Shown here: positions 16,406 to 25,704 of the stretch, one piece after another
Layout: each line of letters begins with the position of its first letter
Position numbering within the stretch: the stretch's first letter is position 1
Assembly (NCBI GenBank): GCA_964651705.1
Contig: CAZYWZ010000023.1
Span: forward strand, 4,412-68,411
Source: an uncultured Verrucomicrobiales bacterium
Lineage (GTDB): Bacteria > Verrucomicrobiota > Verrucomicrobiia > JADLBR01
Reading direction: 5' to 3'
Length of the DNA: 64,000 nucleotides
Notes under the pieces: model-generated
The model's database searches: none
What the model saw: only the letters and a program-made list of their open reading frames with translations
What the model was told of the DNA's origin: nothing
Position numbers and translations under genes: made by a program

Positions 16406-18991
16406 ATGGACCTCACCCTACTCGCCGCCCTGCTGCTCACGACGCTCCCGGCGCTGGGTACCGCCGACGCGGCAATCTCGCCGACCAAACCCAACATCGT
16501 TTTCATCTTCGCCGATGATTGGGGCTGGGGGGATTTGGGCTGCCACGGGCATCCTTGGCTGAAGACGCCGCACCTTGACCAGCTTGCCAGCGAGGGCACC
16601 GACTTCCATCAGTTTAACGTACTCAACCCCGTCTGCTCGCCGAGCCGGGCTGCGGTGATTACGGGCCAATACCCGGCGCGTCGCTGCATCCACCAGCACT
16701 TCGCCGCACCGGCATCCAACGCCCAGCGAGGCATGCCGGACTGGCTCGACCCGAAGGCGCCTTCGTTGCCGCGTTTCCTGAAGCAGCTCGGCTATCGCAC
16801 CGCGCACTTTGGCAAATGGCACCTCACCAACCGTGAGACCCACGGCGCGCCCACGCCGGACGCTTATGGATACGACGAGGCCAAGGTCTTCAACGGCGGT
16901 GCCGACTGGCCATCGGCTGATGCGCACGCGGCCGGTGATGACGCTGTCGCGTTCATCAAGGCGAACGCCGGAAAGCCATTCTTTGTCAACGTGTGGATTC
17001 ACGAAAGCCATACGCCGCATGTGCCGACGAAGCCGTCCATGCAACGGTGGCAACATCTCGACGAGCAAAAGCAGGTCTATGCCGCCGTCATCACCGATGG
17101 GGACAACGCGGTTGGGAATATTCTCGCGGCGTTGAAGGATGCGGGTGTGGAGAACAACACGATCGTCATGTTCTCCAGTGACAACGGTCCGGAGGGGACC
17201 GGCAAAAACAGAAACTTCGGCGCGAAGGACGCCCACACCAACTCGCAAGGCTACGACACCTATTACAGCGTCGGCTCCACCGGCGGCCTGCGCGGTCGCA
17301 AGCGCAGCCTTTTCGAGGGCGGCGTGCGTGTCCCGTTCATCGTGCGCTGGCCCGGCCACGCGCCGGTTGGAGCGCGGAACGACACGACGGTATTCACGGC
17401 GGTGGATCTGCTGCCGACTCTCTGCGCCGCGGCGGGTGTTACTCTGCCCGCTGACTACCAAGGAGACGGCGAGAACCTGCTCGATGCTTTTGAGGGCAAG
17501 GCCATCACTCGCAATCGTCCCATCTTCTGGGAATGGCAGGGCAACAATGCCGAGCCTGATTGGTGGCCGCGCCTCGCCGTGCGCGAGGGCGATTGGAAAC
17601 TCGCGCTTACCCATGACGCAAAACGCGTGGAGTTGCACCGCCTCACCGACGACCGCGCCGAGGCCGCCGACGTGGCCAAGGAACATCCCGACGTTGTCGC
17701 GCGCCTGACCAGGCTCGCGCTCGATTGGAAATCGACCTTGCCGGAAAAGCCCGACCCCGCCTGCATCGCGCCGATGGCCGCGCGGCACCCCACCGATCCC
17801 ACGCAAACATTGCGGGGGCCCGTATTCCGGTGGGACACCGTTCCGGTTTTCGCCCACTGCGGCAAACCGGACGGGCCGTTCACCGACGAGGAGGCGAAGG
17901 CACTCTCGCGGTTCGCCTACGTTGGGCTGGAGAAGATTCAGGAGATGAAGCTCCGCAAGCCGGCGTTTGAGACCATGCGAGCCGCGGCACTGGCGATCAA
18001 GGCGCACAACCCGAGGACCTTTGTGGCCGCCTACTGGAACACGTGCTTGGAGGATTGCGCCAAATTGCACGGGGAAGGCTATGACCAGTTTCTCAGGCAC
18101 CGCGAAGCGTGGCGACTCCTTGGCAAACACGGTAAACCGGTATTTGTGCGCGATGCCGCCGTGTTCGACCTGACGAAGACGGAGGTGCAGGCCTGGTGGC
18201 TGGAGCGCGCGCGCAAGATCGCGTCGGAACCCGCATTTGATGCCATCTTTCTCGACGCCGCCACGCGGGCGCATTGGCTGGTTTCACAGTGCGGCCAGGA
18301 GCGGGCAGACGCATACGATCAGGCCATGCGGCAGTTGCTCGGCACACTGAACCGCTCCACGGAGAAGCCGCTCATCTATAACGGCATCAATGTCCGCATG
18401 GCGCTCTGGGCGGATGGCGGCAGCCGGTATCTGGACTGGACCGACGGCGCGATGGTGGAGCATTTCCTCGGCCACAGCCAACGCGACGATGACGGCACCT
18501 TGCGAAGCGATGAGTTGGTGAAGACTTTCCAGCGCGTTCGCGACCTCAGCCGCACGGGCAAGATCATTCTCGTGAGATCTTGGCCCAAGACGCACGCCGT
18601 GTGGGGCAAGCGCCCTGAAGATCAACTCTGGATGAACGAGCCGACAGCTTCGGCGAAGGGTACGTCCGCCGGGAGGCTTCCGCCCCAGCTCACGACACCC
18701 CGCGCCGGGAAACTGCGGGAGATCCTTCGCGACGAGCTCGAGTTCTGCCTGGCCTGTTTTCTGATCTGTGCCGGCGAGAACTGCTACTTCAATTATTCCT
18801 GGGGCTACGGCGAGTGGGACTGGGGAACCTCCGGCAACTTCGACTGGTATCCGGAGTTTGACCGTCCGCTCGGCCCGCCCAAGGGCGAGTTCAAGCATGA
18901 CGGCATGATCTTCACGCGCGAGTTCGCCCATGCCGCGGTGCGCGTGGACCTGGAAAATGAACAAGCGCTGATCGATTGGAAGCAGCCATGA
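16406..18991 (+). CDS. Bifunctional-looking fusion: N-terminal Cys-type sulfatase domain + C-terminal (about 400 aa) putative glycoside-hydrolase-like TIM-barrel domain
   Basis: Signal peptide MDLTLLAALLLTTLPALGTADA. NIVFIFADDWGWGDLG. Motif NPVCSPSRAAVITG. C-terminal part (FAYVGLEKIQEMK...AAYWNTCLED...DAIFLDAA...LIYNGINV...ILVRSWPK...YFNYSWGYGEWDWG) is unlike sulfatase C-termini and resembles GH114/GHL-type domains (inference). The track start 16352 (MMTRAG...) lies inside a duplicated junction, so the Met at 16406 is preferred. Confidence 0.7.
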   Translation: MDLTLLAALLLTTLPALGTADAAISPTKPNIVFIFADDWGWGDLGCHGHPWLKTPHLDQLASEGTDFHQFNVLNPVCSPSRAAVITGQYPARRCIHQHFAAPASNAQRGMPDWLDPKAPSLPRFLKQLGYRTAHFGKWHLTNRETHGAPTPDAYGYDEAKVFNGGADWPSADAHAAGDDAVAFIKANAGKPFFVNVWIHESHTPHVPTKPSMQRWQHLDEQKQVYAAVITDGDNAVGNILAALKDAGVENNTIVMFSSDNGPEGTGKNRNFGAKDAHTNSQGYDTYYSVGSTGGLRGRKRSLFEGGVRVPFIVRWPGHAPVGARNDTTVFTAVDLLPTLCAAAGVTLPADYQGDGENLLDAFEGKAITRNRPIFWEWQGNNAEPDWWPRLAVREGDWKLALTHDAKRVELHRLTDDRAEAADVAKEHPDVVARLTRLALDWKSTLPEKPDPACIAPMAARHPTDPTQTLRGPVFRWDTVPVFAHCGKPDGPFTDEEAKALSRFAYVGLEKIQEMKLRKPAFETMRAAALAIKAHNPRTFVAAYWNTCLEDCAKLHGEGYDQFLRHREAWRLLGKHGKPVFVRDAAVFDLTKTEVQAWWLERARKIASEPAFDAIFLDAATRAHWLVSQCGQERADAYDQAMRQLLGTLNRSTEKPLIYNGINVRMALWADGGSRYLDWTDGAMVEHFLGHSQRDDDGTLRSDELVKTFQRVRDLSRTGKIILVRSWPKTHAVWGKRPEDQLWMNEPTASAKGTSAGRLPPQLTTPRAGKLREILRDELEFCLACFLICAGENCYFNYSWGYGEWDWGTSGNFDWYPEFDRPLGPPKGEFKHDGMIFTREFAHAAVRVDLENEQALIDWKQP

Positions 18992-19215
18992 ACCCCAGGG
19001 AGGGCAGGCGCCTCAATCCGGTCTTTCATGCCCACCCTGACACGGCTGGACTGTTGTCGCCACCGCGGCAACCCTGGCCCCATTGACGCATCGCTCTACG
19101 GCCCCTCGGTCGCCAAGCGCAACACCCGTCGAAACCTGGGCCAGCCTGTATTCGTGAATCCCGACTTGCCTGGCGACGCCCACGCGGCTGAAATCTACCC
19201 GAGAACTCCTCGATC

Positions 19216-20793
19216 ATGAGCACGCATTGCATTCTCTCCGCCGCCGCCGCCCTCTGGCTGGCGATCGCCTGCGCCGCGGCGGCCGCCCCCGCCCCCGCCC
19301 GGCCAAACATCCTGTTCGCCATCGCCGACGACTGGGGGCCACACGCCGGGGCCTACGGCACGAGGTGGGTGAAGACGCCCGCCTTCGACCGCCTCGCGCG
19401 CGAGGGGCTCCTTTTCCTCAACGCCTACACCCCCATGGCAAAGTGCGCCCCCTCCCGCGCCATCGCACTCACCGGGCGGCACCTCTGGCAACTCGAGGAG
19501 GCCGGCAACCACCTGGCCTACTTTCCCGCCAAGTTCAAGAGTTGGCCCGAGGTCCTCACCGAAAAGGGCTGGCACATGGGGATGACCGGCAAGGGATGGG
19601 CCCCGGGCATCGCCAACGATGCCAGCGGAAAACCCCGCCTCATCACCGGCAAACCCTTCGCCCGCCGCAAAGCCGAACCGCCCACGAAGGCCATCTCGCC
19701 CAACGATTACGCCGCCAACTTCATCGACTTCCTCGATGCCGCACCCGAGGGCGCGCCCTGGTGTTTCTGGTGTGGCACGACCGAGCCGCACCGCGCCTAC
19801 GAGTTCCAGTCCGGTGCCAATAAGGCCGGCAAACGCACCGCCGACATCGACCGCGTCCCCGCCTATTGGCCAGATATCGACACCGTGCGCCACGACATGC
19901 TCGACTACGCGCTCGAGGTCGAACACGTCGACGCGCACCTCGCGCGCATGATCGCCGAGCTGGAGAAACGCGGCGCCCTCGACAATACCCTCATCATCGT
20001 CACCAGCGACCACGGCATGCCATTCCCACGCGTCAAGGGCCACGCCTACCACGATTCCAACCATGTCCCCCTCGCCATCCGCTGGGCCCGCGGCATCCAG
20101 AACCCGGGTCGCGCGATCGAGGACTTCGTCGATTTCACCGACATCGCCCCGACCCTCCTCGATGTCGCGGGCATCCCACAGGACCAGACCGGCATGAAGC
20201 CCATCACCGGCAAAAGCTGGCGCCCCATCTTCGCCAGCGACCGCGCGGGAAGGGTCCTCGCCGAGCGCGATCACGTGCTCGTCGGCAAGGAGCGCACCGA
20301 CGTCGGCCGACCCCATGACTGGGGCTACCCCATCCGCGGCATCGTCACCCCCGAGCTCCTCTTCCTCAAAAACTACGAGCCCTCCCGGTGGCCCGCCGGC
20401 AACCCGGAGACCGGTTACCTGGACACCGATGGCAGCCCCACGAAGACCGCCATCTTGGATTTGGGCCGCAGGGACCGCGGCGACCGATTCTGGCGCCTGA
20501 ATTTTGGCATGAGGCCCGCAGAGGAGCTCTACGACCTCAGTTCCGACCCAGATTGTGTGACAAACCTCGCGGCCGAACCCGCGCACGCACAGACCGCGAA
20601 AGCCATGAGGGAACGCATGGAGTCCCTGCTCTCCGCCCAAGGAGACCCACGCATGTCCGGCAAGGGCCATGTCTTCGACGGATACAAACCCACCAACGGC
20701 TCCGGCTTCTACGAGAGTTACATGCGCGGCGAGAACCCCAAGGCCGGATGGGTCGAACCCACGGATTTCGAGAAACAACCCATCAGGCCATAA
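19216..20793 (+). CDS. Sulfatase (Cys-type)
   Basis: Signal peptide. [11 protein letters not shown]. Motif [14 protein letters not shown]. Confidence 0.85.
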   Translation: MSTHCILSAAAALWLAIACAAAAAPAPARPNILFAIADDWGPHAGAYGTRWVKTPAFDRLAREGLLFLNAYTPMAKCAPSRAIALTGRHLWQLEEAGNHLAYFPAKFKSWPEVLTEKGWHMGMTGKGWAPGIANDASGKPRLITGKPFARRKAEPPTKAISPNDYAANFIDFLDAAPEGAPWCFWCGTTEPHRAYEFQSGANKAGKRTADIDRVPAYWPDIDTVRHDMLDYALEVEHVDAHLARMIAELEKRGALDNTLIIVTSDHGMPFPRVKGHAYHDSNHVPLAIRWARGIQNPGRAIEDFVDFTDIAPTLLDVAGIPQDQTGMKPITGKSWRPIFASDRAGRVLAERDHVLVGKERTDVGRPHDWGYPIRGIVTPELLFLKNYEPSRWPAGNPETGYLDTDGSPTKTAILDLGRRDRGDRFWRLNFGMRPAEELYDLSSDPDCVTNLAAEPAHAQTAKAMRERMESLLSAQGDPRMSGKGHVFDGYKPTNGSGFYESYMRGENPKAGWVEPTDFEKQPIRP

Positions 20794-20796
20794 GAT

Positions 20797-22281
20797 ATGC
20801 GCCCCACAGTCACCTTCCTTTGTCTGGTCCTGGCGGGTAGCGACACCATGCATGCCGCCCCCGGCGCAACGCGTCCCAACATCCTTTTCCTGTTCGCCGA
20901 CGACCAGCGTTTCGACACGATGGGTTGCGCCGGGCACCCCATCGTGCGCACCCCGACGATCGACCGGCTGGCGAGGGAAGGCGTGCGTTTCCAGAACGCC
21001 TTCGTCACGACATCGGTCTGCTGGGTCAGCCGCGCCGTTGTGCTCACCGGGCAGTGGGCGCGTTCCCACGCGCAACGGGACGCCATACCGACGGTCACCC
21101 AGACCGCCATCCAGACCATGTTCCCCGTCGAATTGCGCAAGGCCGGATACCGGACCGGACATTTTGGCAAATGGCACTTCAAGGGGCCGCCGGGCTTTAG
21201 GCCCGAAGAGCACTACGAAGAATTCGAGCACATCGGCCGCAACCCGTACTTCAAGACGCTGCCCGATGGCACGCGGCGACACGAGACCGACCTGATCTGC
21301 GACCGCGGCATCACGTTCATACGCGCACAGCCAAAAGAAAGGCCATTCTGCCTCAATCTCTGGCTCAACGCCGCCCACGCCGAGGACGGCGACCGCCGCC
21401 CAGGCATCGGGCACTACCCGTGGCCGCAATCGGCCGACGGGATGTATGACGGCGTGCCCATCCCCGCGCCGCGCCTCGGCGATCCGGCCATCTATGAGGC
21501 GCACCCTCAATTCCTCAAGGACTCCATCAACCGCCAGCGCTTCTTCTGGGGTTATGACACCCCGGAGAAGTACGCCACGAACCTCCGCGCCTACTACCGC
21601 ATGATCAGCGGCATCGACACCGCCATCGCCCGGGTGCTGGCCGCGCTTCAAGATGCAGGCCTCGCCGGAAATACCATCGTCGTCTACTCCGCCGATAACG
21701 GCTACTATCTGGGGGACCGGGGCTTCCAGGGGAAGTGGTCTCACTTCGAGGAATCCCTGCGCGTGCCCCTCGTGGTTTATGATCCGCGCCTGCCCAAGGA
21801 AAAGCGCGGGCGCGCCCTCGATCCCATGGCGTTAAACGTGGATCTCCCGGCCACGTTCCTTGACTGGGCCGGGGTACCGAGACCCCAAGCCTACGAGGGT
21901 CGCAGCCTCGTCCCCCTCATCGAGGGCCAGCCCGCCCCAGACTGGCGCACCGAATTCTTCTGCGAGCACCTCGATCTCGCGCCAACGCTCACCTGGGAAG
22001 GGATCCGCGGCCAGCGCTATGTCTACGCCCGCTACTTCGACCAGCGGCCCCCCTTCGAATTTCTCCACGACCTGAAATCCGATCCCGACGAGCTGAAAAA
22101 CCTCGCCCCCTATCCCGCCCACGCCGCCGAGCTGGCGGCGATGCGCGCCCTGTGCGATCGCGAGATGAACGCGCGCGGCGGCCCCCTCCTTCCCATGGAC
22201 CAACGCGGCGCCAGCAAACCCGCCCGTGGCAAGGGCAAAGCCAAGGCGAAAATCGACCTCGCGGACCCGAAAACCCCCTGA
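20797..22281 (+). CDS. Sulfatase-family protein with a non-canonical active-site motif (C-W-V-S-R) and a Lys-rich C-terminal tail
   Basis: NILFLFADDQRFD. TTSVCWVSRAVVLTG (Pro at +2 replaced by Val). Tail KPARGKGKAKAKIDLADPKTP. Confidence 0.75.
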   Translation: MRPTVTFLCLVLAGSDTMHAAPGATRPNILFLFADDQRFDTMGCAGHPIVRTPTIDRLAREGVRFQNAFVTTSVCWVSRAVVLTGQWARSHAQRDAIPTVTQTAIQTMFPVELRKAGYRTGHFGKWHFKGPPGFRPEEHYEEFEHIGRNPYFKTLPDGTRRHETDLICDRGITFIRAQPKERPFCLNLWLNAAHAEDGDRRPGIGHYPWPQSADGMYDGVPIPAPRLGDPAIYEAHPQFLKDSINRQRFFWGYDTPEKYATNLRAYYRMISGIDTAIARVLAALQDAGLAGNTIVVYSADNGYYLGDRGFQGKWSHFEESLRVPLVVYDPRLPKEKRGRALDPMALNVDLPATFLDWAGVPRPQAYEGRSLVPLIEGQPAPDWRTEFFCEHLDLAPTLTWEGIRGQRYVYARYFDQRPPFEFLHDLKSDPDELKNLAPYPAHAAELAAMRALCDREMNARGGPLLPMDQRGASKPARGKGKAKAKIDLADPKTP

Positions 22282-22303
22282 TGTCGCATCAACCCGCCCG
22301 ACC

Positions 22304-23659
22304 ATGAGAAACTTTTTCGCGACCGCGCTGACCCTTTCGTCCTTCGGCATCTTCGCCCAATCTTTCGCCGAGCCGTCGCGCCCCAACATCGTCCTCTTCA
22401 TGGCCGATGACTTTGGCTACGAGTGCGTCACCGCCAACGGGGGCCAGTCCTATCAGACGCCCCACCTCGACCGCCTCGCCACCGGCGGCGTGCGTTTCGA
22501 GTCCTGCCACGTGCTCCCGCTCTGCACCCCGACGCGCGTCCAGCTCATGACCGGGCGATTCAACGTCCGCAACTACCTCAACTTCGGCACGCTCCCGAGA
22601 ACGGAGAGGACCTTCGCCAACCTCCTCGCGGACGCCGGTTATGCCACGGCCATCTGCGGCAAGTGGCAACTTGGAAAGGAATCCGACGCGCCGCAGCACT
22701 TCGGTTTCGGGGAAGCCCTTCTCTGGCAGCACACGCGCCGCCCGCCACGCTATGCCAACCCCGGCATCGAGCACAACGGCACCGAAAAGGATTTTAACGG
22801 CGGCGAGTACGGGCCGAAGCTGATCAGCGATTTCGCGCTCGATTTTATCGGGCGGCACCGGGACCGCCCCTTCTTCCTCTATTACCCGATGATCCTCACC
22901 CACGACCCATTCCAGCCCACCCCCGACAGCCCGGATTGGGACCCCAACGCCATCGGGGAAACCGCGAATAGGGATGTGAGGCATTTCGCCGACATGACCG
23001 CCTACATGGACAAGATGATCGGTCGCCTCGACGCCCGGCTCGGCGAACTCGGCATCCGCGACAACACCCTGCTGATGTTCATCGGCGACAACGGCACGCA
23101 CGGGAGCATCACGACCCGCTTCAACGGCAACGAATACCGAGGCGGCAAGGGCACCACCACCAGGCGCGGCACGCACGTCCCCTTCATCGCGAGCTGGCCC
23201 GCCATCATCCGGCAAGGCCGCGTGAACCGCGACCTCATCAGCGCCGCCGATTTCTTGCCCACGATCTGCGCCGCCGCCGGCGTCCCCGTGCCTCCCGGCA
23301 TCGATGGCGTCAGCTTCCTGCCGCAGCTCCGCGGCGACAGGGGCGCACCTCGGGAGTGGATCTACTGCTGGTATTCGCCGCGCCAGAAGGCCGACATGAC
23401 GGTGCGCGAGTTCGCATTCGACCATGAACACAAGCTGTATCGCGACGGTCGGTTCTTTGACCTCAGGGCGGATCCGTTCGAGGAGACTCCCCTGCAAACC
23501 GCCGCACTCAAGGGCGCCGCAGCCTCCGCGGCCGCCAGGCTGCAAGGCGTCCTCGCCCAGTTCAAGGACGCCCGCCCCCCCGAACTCGACCGGCAGTTCG
23601 AGCAATCCCTGGCAGATGAGCCCGCGCCCAAGAAAGAGAAACGGAATAGGAAGAAATAG
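22304..23659 (+). CDS. Sulfatase (Cys-type) with a Lys-rich C-terminal tail
   Basis: Signal peptide MRNFFATALTLSSFGIFAQS. NIVLFMADDFG. Motif LPLCTPTRVQLMTG. Tail PAPKKEKRNRKK. The track ORF starts at 22226; the Met at 22304 precedes the signal peptide. Confidence 0.85.
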   Translation: MRNFFATALTLSSFGIFAQSFAEPSRPNIVLFMADDFGYECVTANGGQSYQTPHLDRLATGGVRFESCHVLPLCTPTRVQLMTGRFNVRNYLNFGTLPRTERTFANLLADAGYATAICGKWQLGKESDAPQHFGFGEALLWQHTRRPPRYANPGIEHNGTEKDFNGGEYGPKLISDFALDFIGRHRDRPFFLYYPMILTHDPFQPTPDSPDWDPNAIGETANRDVRHFADMTAYMDKMIGRLDARLGELGIRDNTLLMFIGDNGTHGSITTRFNGNEYRGGKGTTTRRGTHVPFIASWPAIIRQGRVNRDLISAADFLPTICAAAGVPVPPGIDGVSFLPQLRGDRGAPREWIYCWYSPRQKADMTVREFAFDHEHKLYRDGRFFDLRADPFEETPLQTAALKGAAASAAARLQGVLAQFKDARPPELDRQFEQSLADEPAPKKEKRNRKK

Positions 23660-23679
23660 TCGCCCAACCGAGCACCCCC

Positions 23680-25200
23680 ATGAAAAACATCCTCACCCTC
23701 TTAGCCTCGTACTGCCTCCTGGCCCCATTCGCCACGGCATCGCCACCCCCGAACATCGTCGTCTTCCTAGTCGACGACATGGGCGTGATGGATACCTCCG
23801 TGCCTTTTCTGACCGGCGCCGACGGCAAGCCGAAACGCTACCCGCTGAATGATCTCTATCGCACGCCGGCCATGGAACGCCTCGCGGGCCGCGGCATCCG
23901 CTTCAACAACTTCTGCGCCATGAGCGTGTGCTCCCCCACGCGCATCTCGATCATGACCGGCCAGAACGCGGCCCGGCACCGCACCACGAATTGGATCAAC
24001 CCCGACAAGGATAACGCCGGCCCCAGCGGACCGCCAGACTGGAACTGGAAGGGCCTCGCGCGCGGCGACGTGACCCTCGCCTCCATGCTCCGCGCCCAGG
24101 GCTTCCGGACGATCCACGTCGGCAAGGGCCACTTCGGCCCGCGCGATGCCGAGGGCGGCGACCCGTCCAACATCGGCTTCGAGGTCAACGTCGGCGGCGC
24201 GTCCATGGGCGCGCCCGGCAGCTATTACGGGAAGGAGAACTTCGGCCACGGCACCAAGCGCGCCCACAACGCCGTCCCCCACCTCGAGAAATACCATGGC
24301 ACCGATATCTTCCTCACCGAGGCGCTCACCATCGAGGCCAAGGCACGCGTCTCGGACGCGGTGCGGGATGGGAAACCCTTCTTCCTGTACATGGCCCACT
24401 ATGCCGTGCACGCGCCGTTCCAGTCCGATCCGCGCTTCGCCGACCATTACATCAACTCCGGCAAACCGAAGGACGCCCAGGCCTTCGCCACACTCATCGA
24501 AGGCATGGACAAGTCGCTGGGCGATCTCCTCGACCACCTCGATTCGCTGGGGATCGCCGAGAATACCCTGGTCCTGTTCCTAGGCGACAACGGCAGCGAC
24601 GCGCCACTGGGCCACCAGCACGAGGTGGCATGCGCCGCACCCCTCCGGGGAAAGAAGGGTGCGCACTACGAGGGTGGCATGCGCGTGCCCTTCATCGCGG
24701 CCTGGGCCAATCCCTCCTCCTCCAACACCAACCAACAGCGCCTGCCAATACCCGCCGCCTCCCTCCAGGGCCAGCAGGCCGCCGTCCAAGACATCTTCCC
24801 GACCATACTCGACCTCCTGGATGTCCCTCCCCCCAAGGGCCACGTGGTCGATGGCTTCAACCTGGCCACCCTGCTCTCCGGAAAGCCCGATCCCAGTCGG
24901 CCCGAGGCATTCCTCATGCACTACCCTCACTCGCCACACCGGAGCGAATACTGGACCAGTCTCCGGGATGGCGCATGGAAAGTCATCTATCACTACTTCC
25001 CCTCCGAGGCCTCCGGCGGCTCCCACTACCAGCTCTATAATATCAAGGACGATCCCTTCGAGCAAAACGACCTCGCCACCTCCCGGCCCGATGAACTCCG
25101 CCGCATGATGAAGAATCTCGCCGCCGAGCTAGAGCGGCACGACGCCGCCTATCCCATCGACAAGGGCGCACAGACCCCGCTGAAACCACGGTTGCCGTAG
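23680..25200 (+). CDS. Sulfatase (Cys-type)
   Basis: Signal peptide MKNILTLLASYCLLAPFATA. NIVVFLVDDMG. Motif MSVCSPTRISIMTG. Confidence 0.88.
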   Translation: MKNILTLLASYCLLAPFATASPPPNIVVFLVDDMGVMDTSVPFLTGADGKPKRYPLNDLYRTPAMERLAGRGIRFNNFCAMSVCSPTRISIMTGQNAARHRTTNWINPDKDNAGPSGPPDWNWKGLARGDVTLASMLRAQGFRTIHVGKGHFGPRDAEGGDPSNIGFEVNVGGASMGAPGSYYGKENFGHGTKRAHNAVPHLEKYHGTDIFLTEALTIEAKARVSDAVRDGKPFFLYMAHYAVHAPFQSDPRFADHYINSGKPKDAQAFATLIEGMDKSLGDLLDHLDSLGIAENTLVLFLGDNGSDAPLGHQHEVACAAPLRGKKGAHYEGGMRVPFIAAWANPSSSNTNQQRLPIPAASLQGQQAAVQDIFPTILDLLDVPPPKGHVVDGFNLATLLSGKPDPSRPEAFLMHYPHSPHRSEYWTSLRDGAWKVIYHYFPSEASGGSHYQLYNIKDDPFEQNDLATSRPDELRRMMKNLAAELERHDAAYPIDKGAQTPLKPRLP

Positions 25201-25215
25201 CGCCCCCGCTCGTAG

Positions 25216-25233
25216 TGCCGCGTTCACGCGGCA
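25216..25233. repeat. 18-bp perfect palindrome TGCCGCGTTCACGCGGCA (copy 1, 16 nt after the sulfatase stop)
   Basis: Arms tgccgcgt / acgcggca are exact reverse complements. An identical 18-mer recurs at 25600-25617. Confidence 0.6.
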
Positions 25234-25349
25234 GCCCGCGCGCCACCGGAGACGCCTGAAGGGCCTGTCGGTCAATTCCAGACCGCGCGGGAGTGCCGTG
25301 AGCCGGTATACCATCGCGACGCCATCGTGTGCTCCGATTCCGTCGGGCG

Positions 25350-25525
25350 GGCCTTTGGACTGCGGTGGCAGAACCCCGAACGGGGTGGCGACACCGCTTT
25401 GGATCCGCGGCCGGATCGCCTCGGGCGATCGGAGCGCGGGCGTCGGACCTGTCGCGCAGGTCCCGGCTCCGCCGGACGAAAAAGCGGCGTCGACGCTTCG
25501 CTTTGCCGCCGCACTCCACACTCGG
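25350..25525 (+). repeat. About 175-nt structured intergenic repeat element, copy 1 (candidate ncRNA or MITE-like element)
   Basis: About 90% identical over the first about 100 nt to 63675-63845. 5-prime arm ttggactgcggtggcag (25355-25371) pairs with 25503-25520 in 13/17 positions (two of the mismatches are wobble-compatible). Internal short hairpin gatcgcc-tcg-ggcgatc. Confidence 0.5.
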
Positions 25526-25599
25526 CCTCCGCTCCATCGTGATCGTCGAATAAATCGACACGCCATGAAGGCGTCACCACGAACCTCCCCCACTCGCTG

Positions 25600-25617
25600 T
25601 GCCGCGTTCACGCGGCA
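25600..25617. repeat. 18-bp perfect palindrome TGCCGCGTTCACGCGGCA (copy 2, upstream of the next sulfatase)
   Basis: Identical to 25216-25233. The two copies bracket the 175-nt repeat element. Confidence 0.6.
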
Positions 25618-25704
25618 TTCCCGCTGGACCCCCGGTTGCCCGACGATTACCCTGTCGCCGTGATGCGTCCGGTTCGCACAGGGCTGGCTGCCGCAGGAGC
25701 TGAG

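Noticed and set aside
25298-25663. Small ORFs overlapping both copies of the 175-nt repeat element (25298..25663 and 63662..63898) that give similar peptides (…LDCGGRTP.GVA.PLWIR…)
   Set aside because: The peptide similarity simply mirrors the nucleotide identity. The ORFs have no plausible starts or ribosome-binding context, and the differences between copies are not biased toward synonymous positions. A noncoding structured element is the simpler reading.
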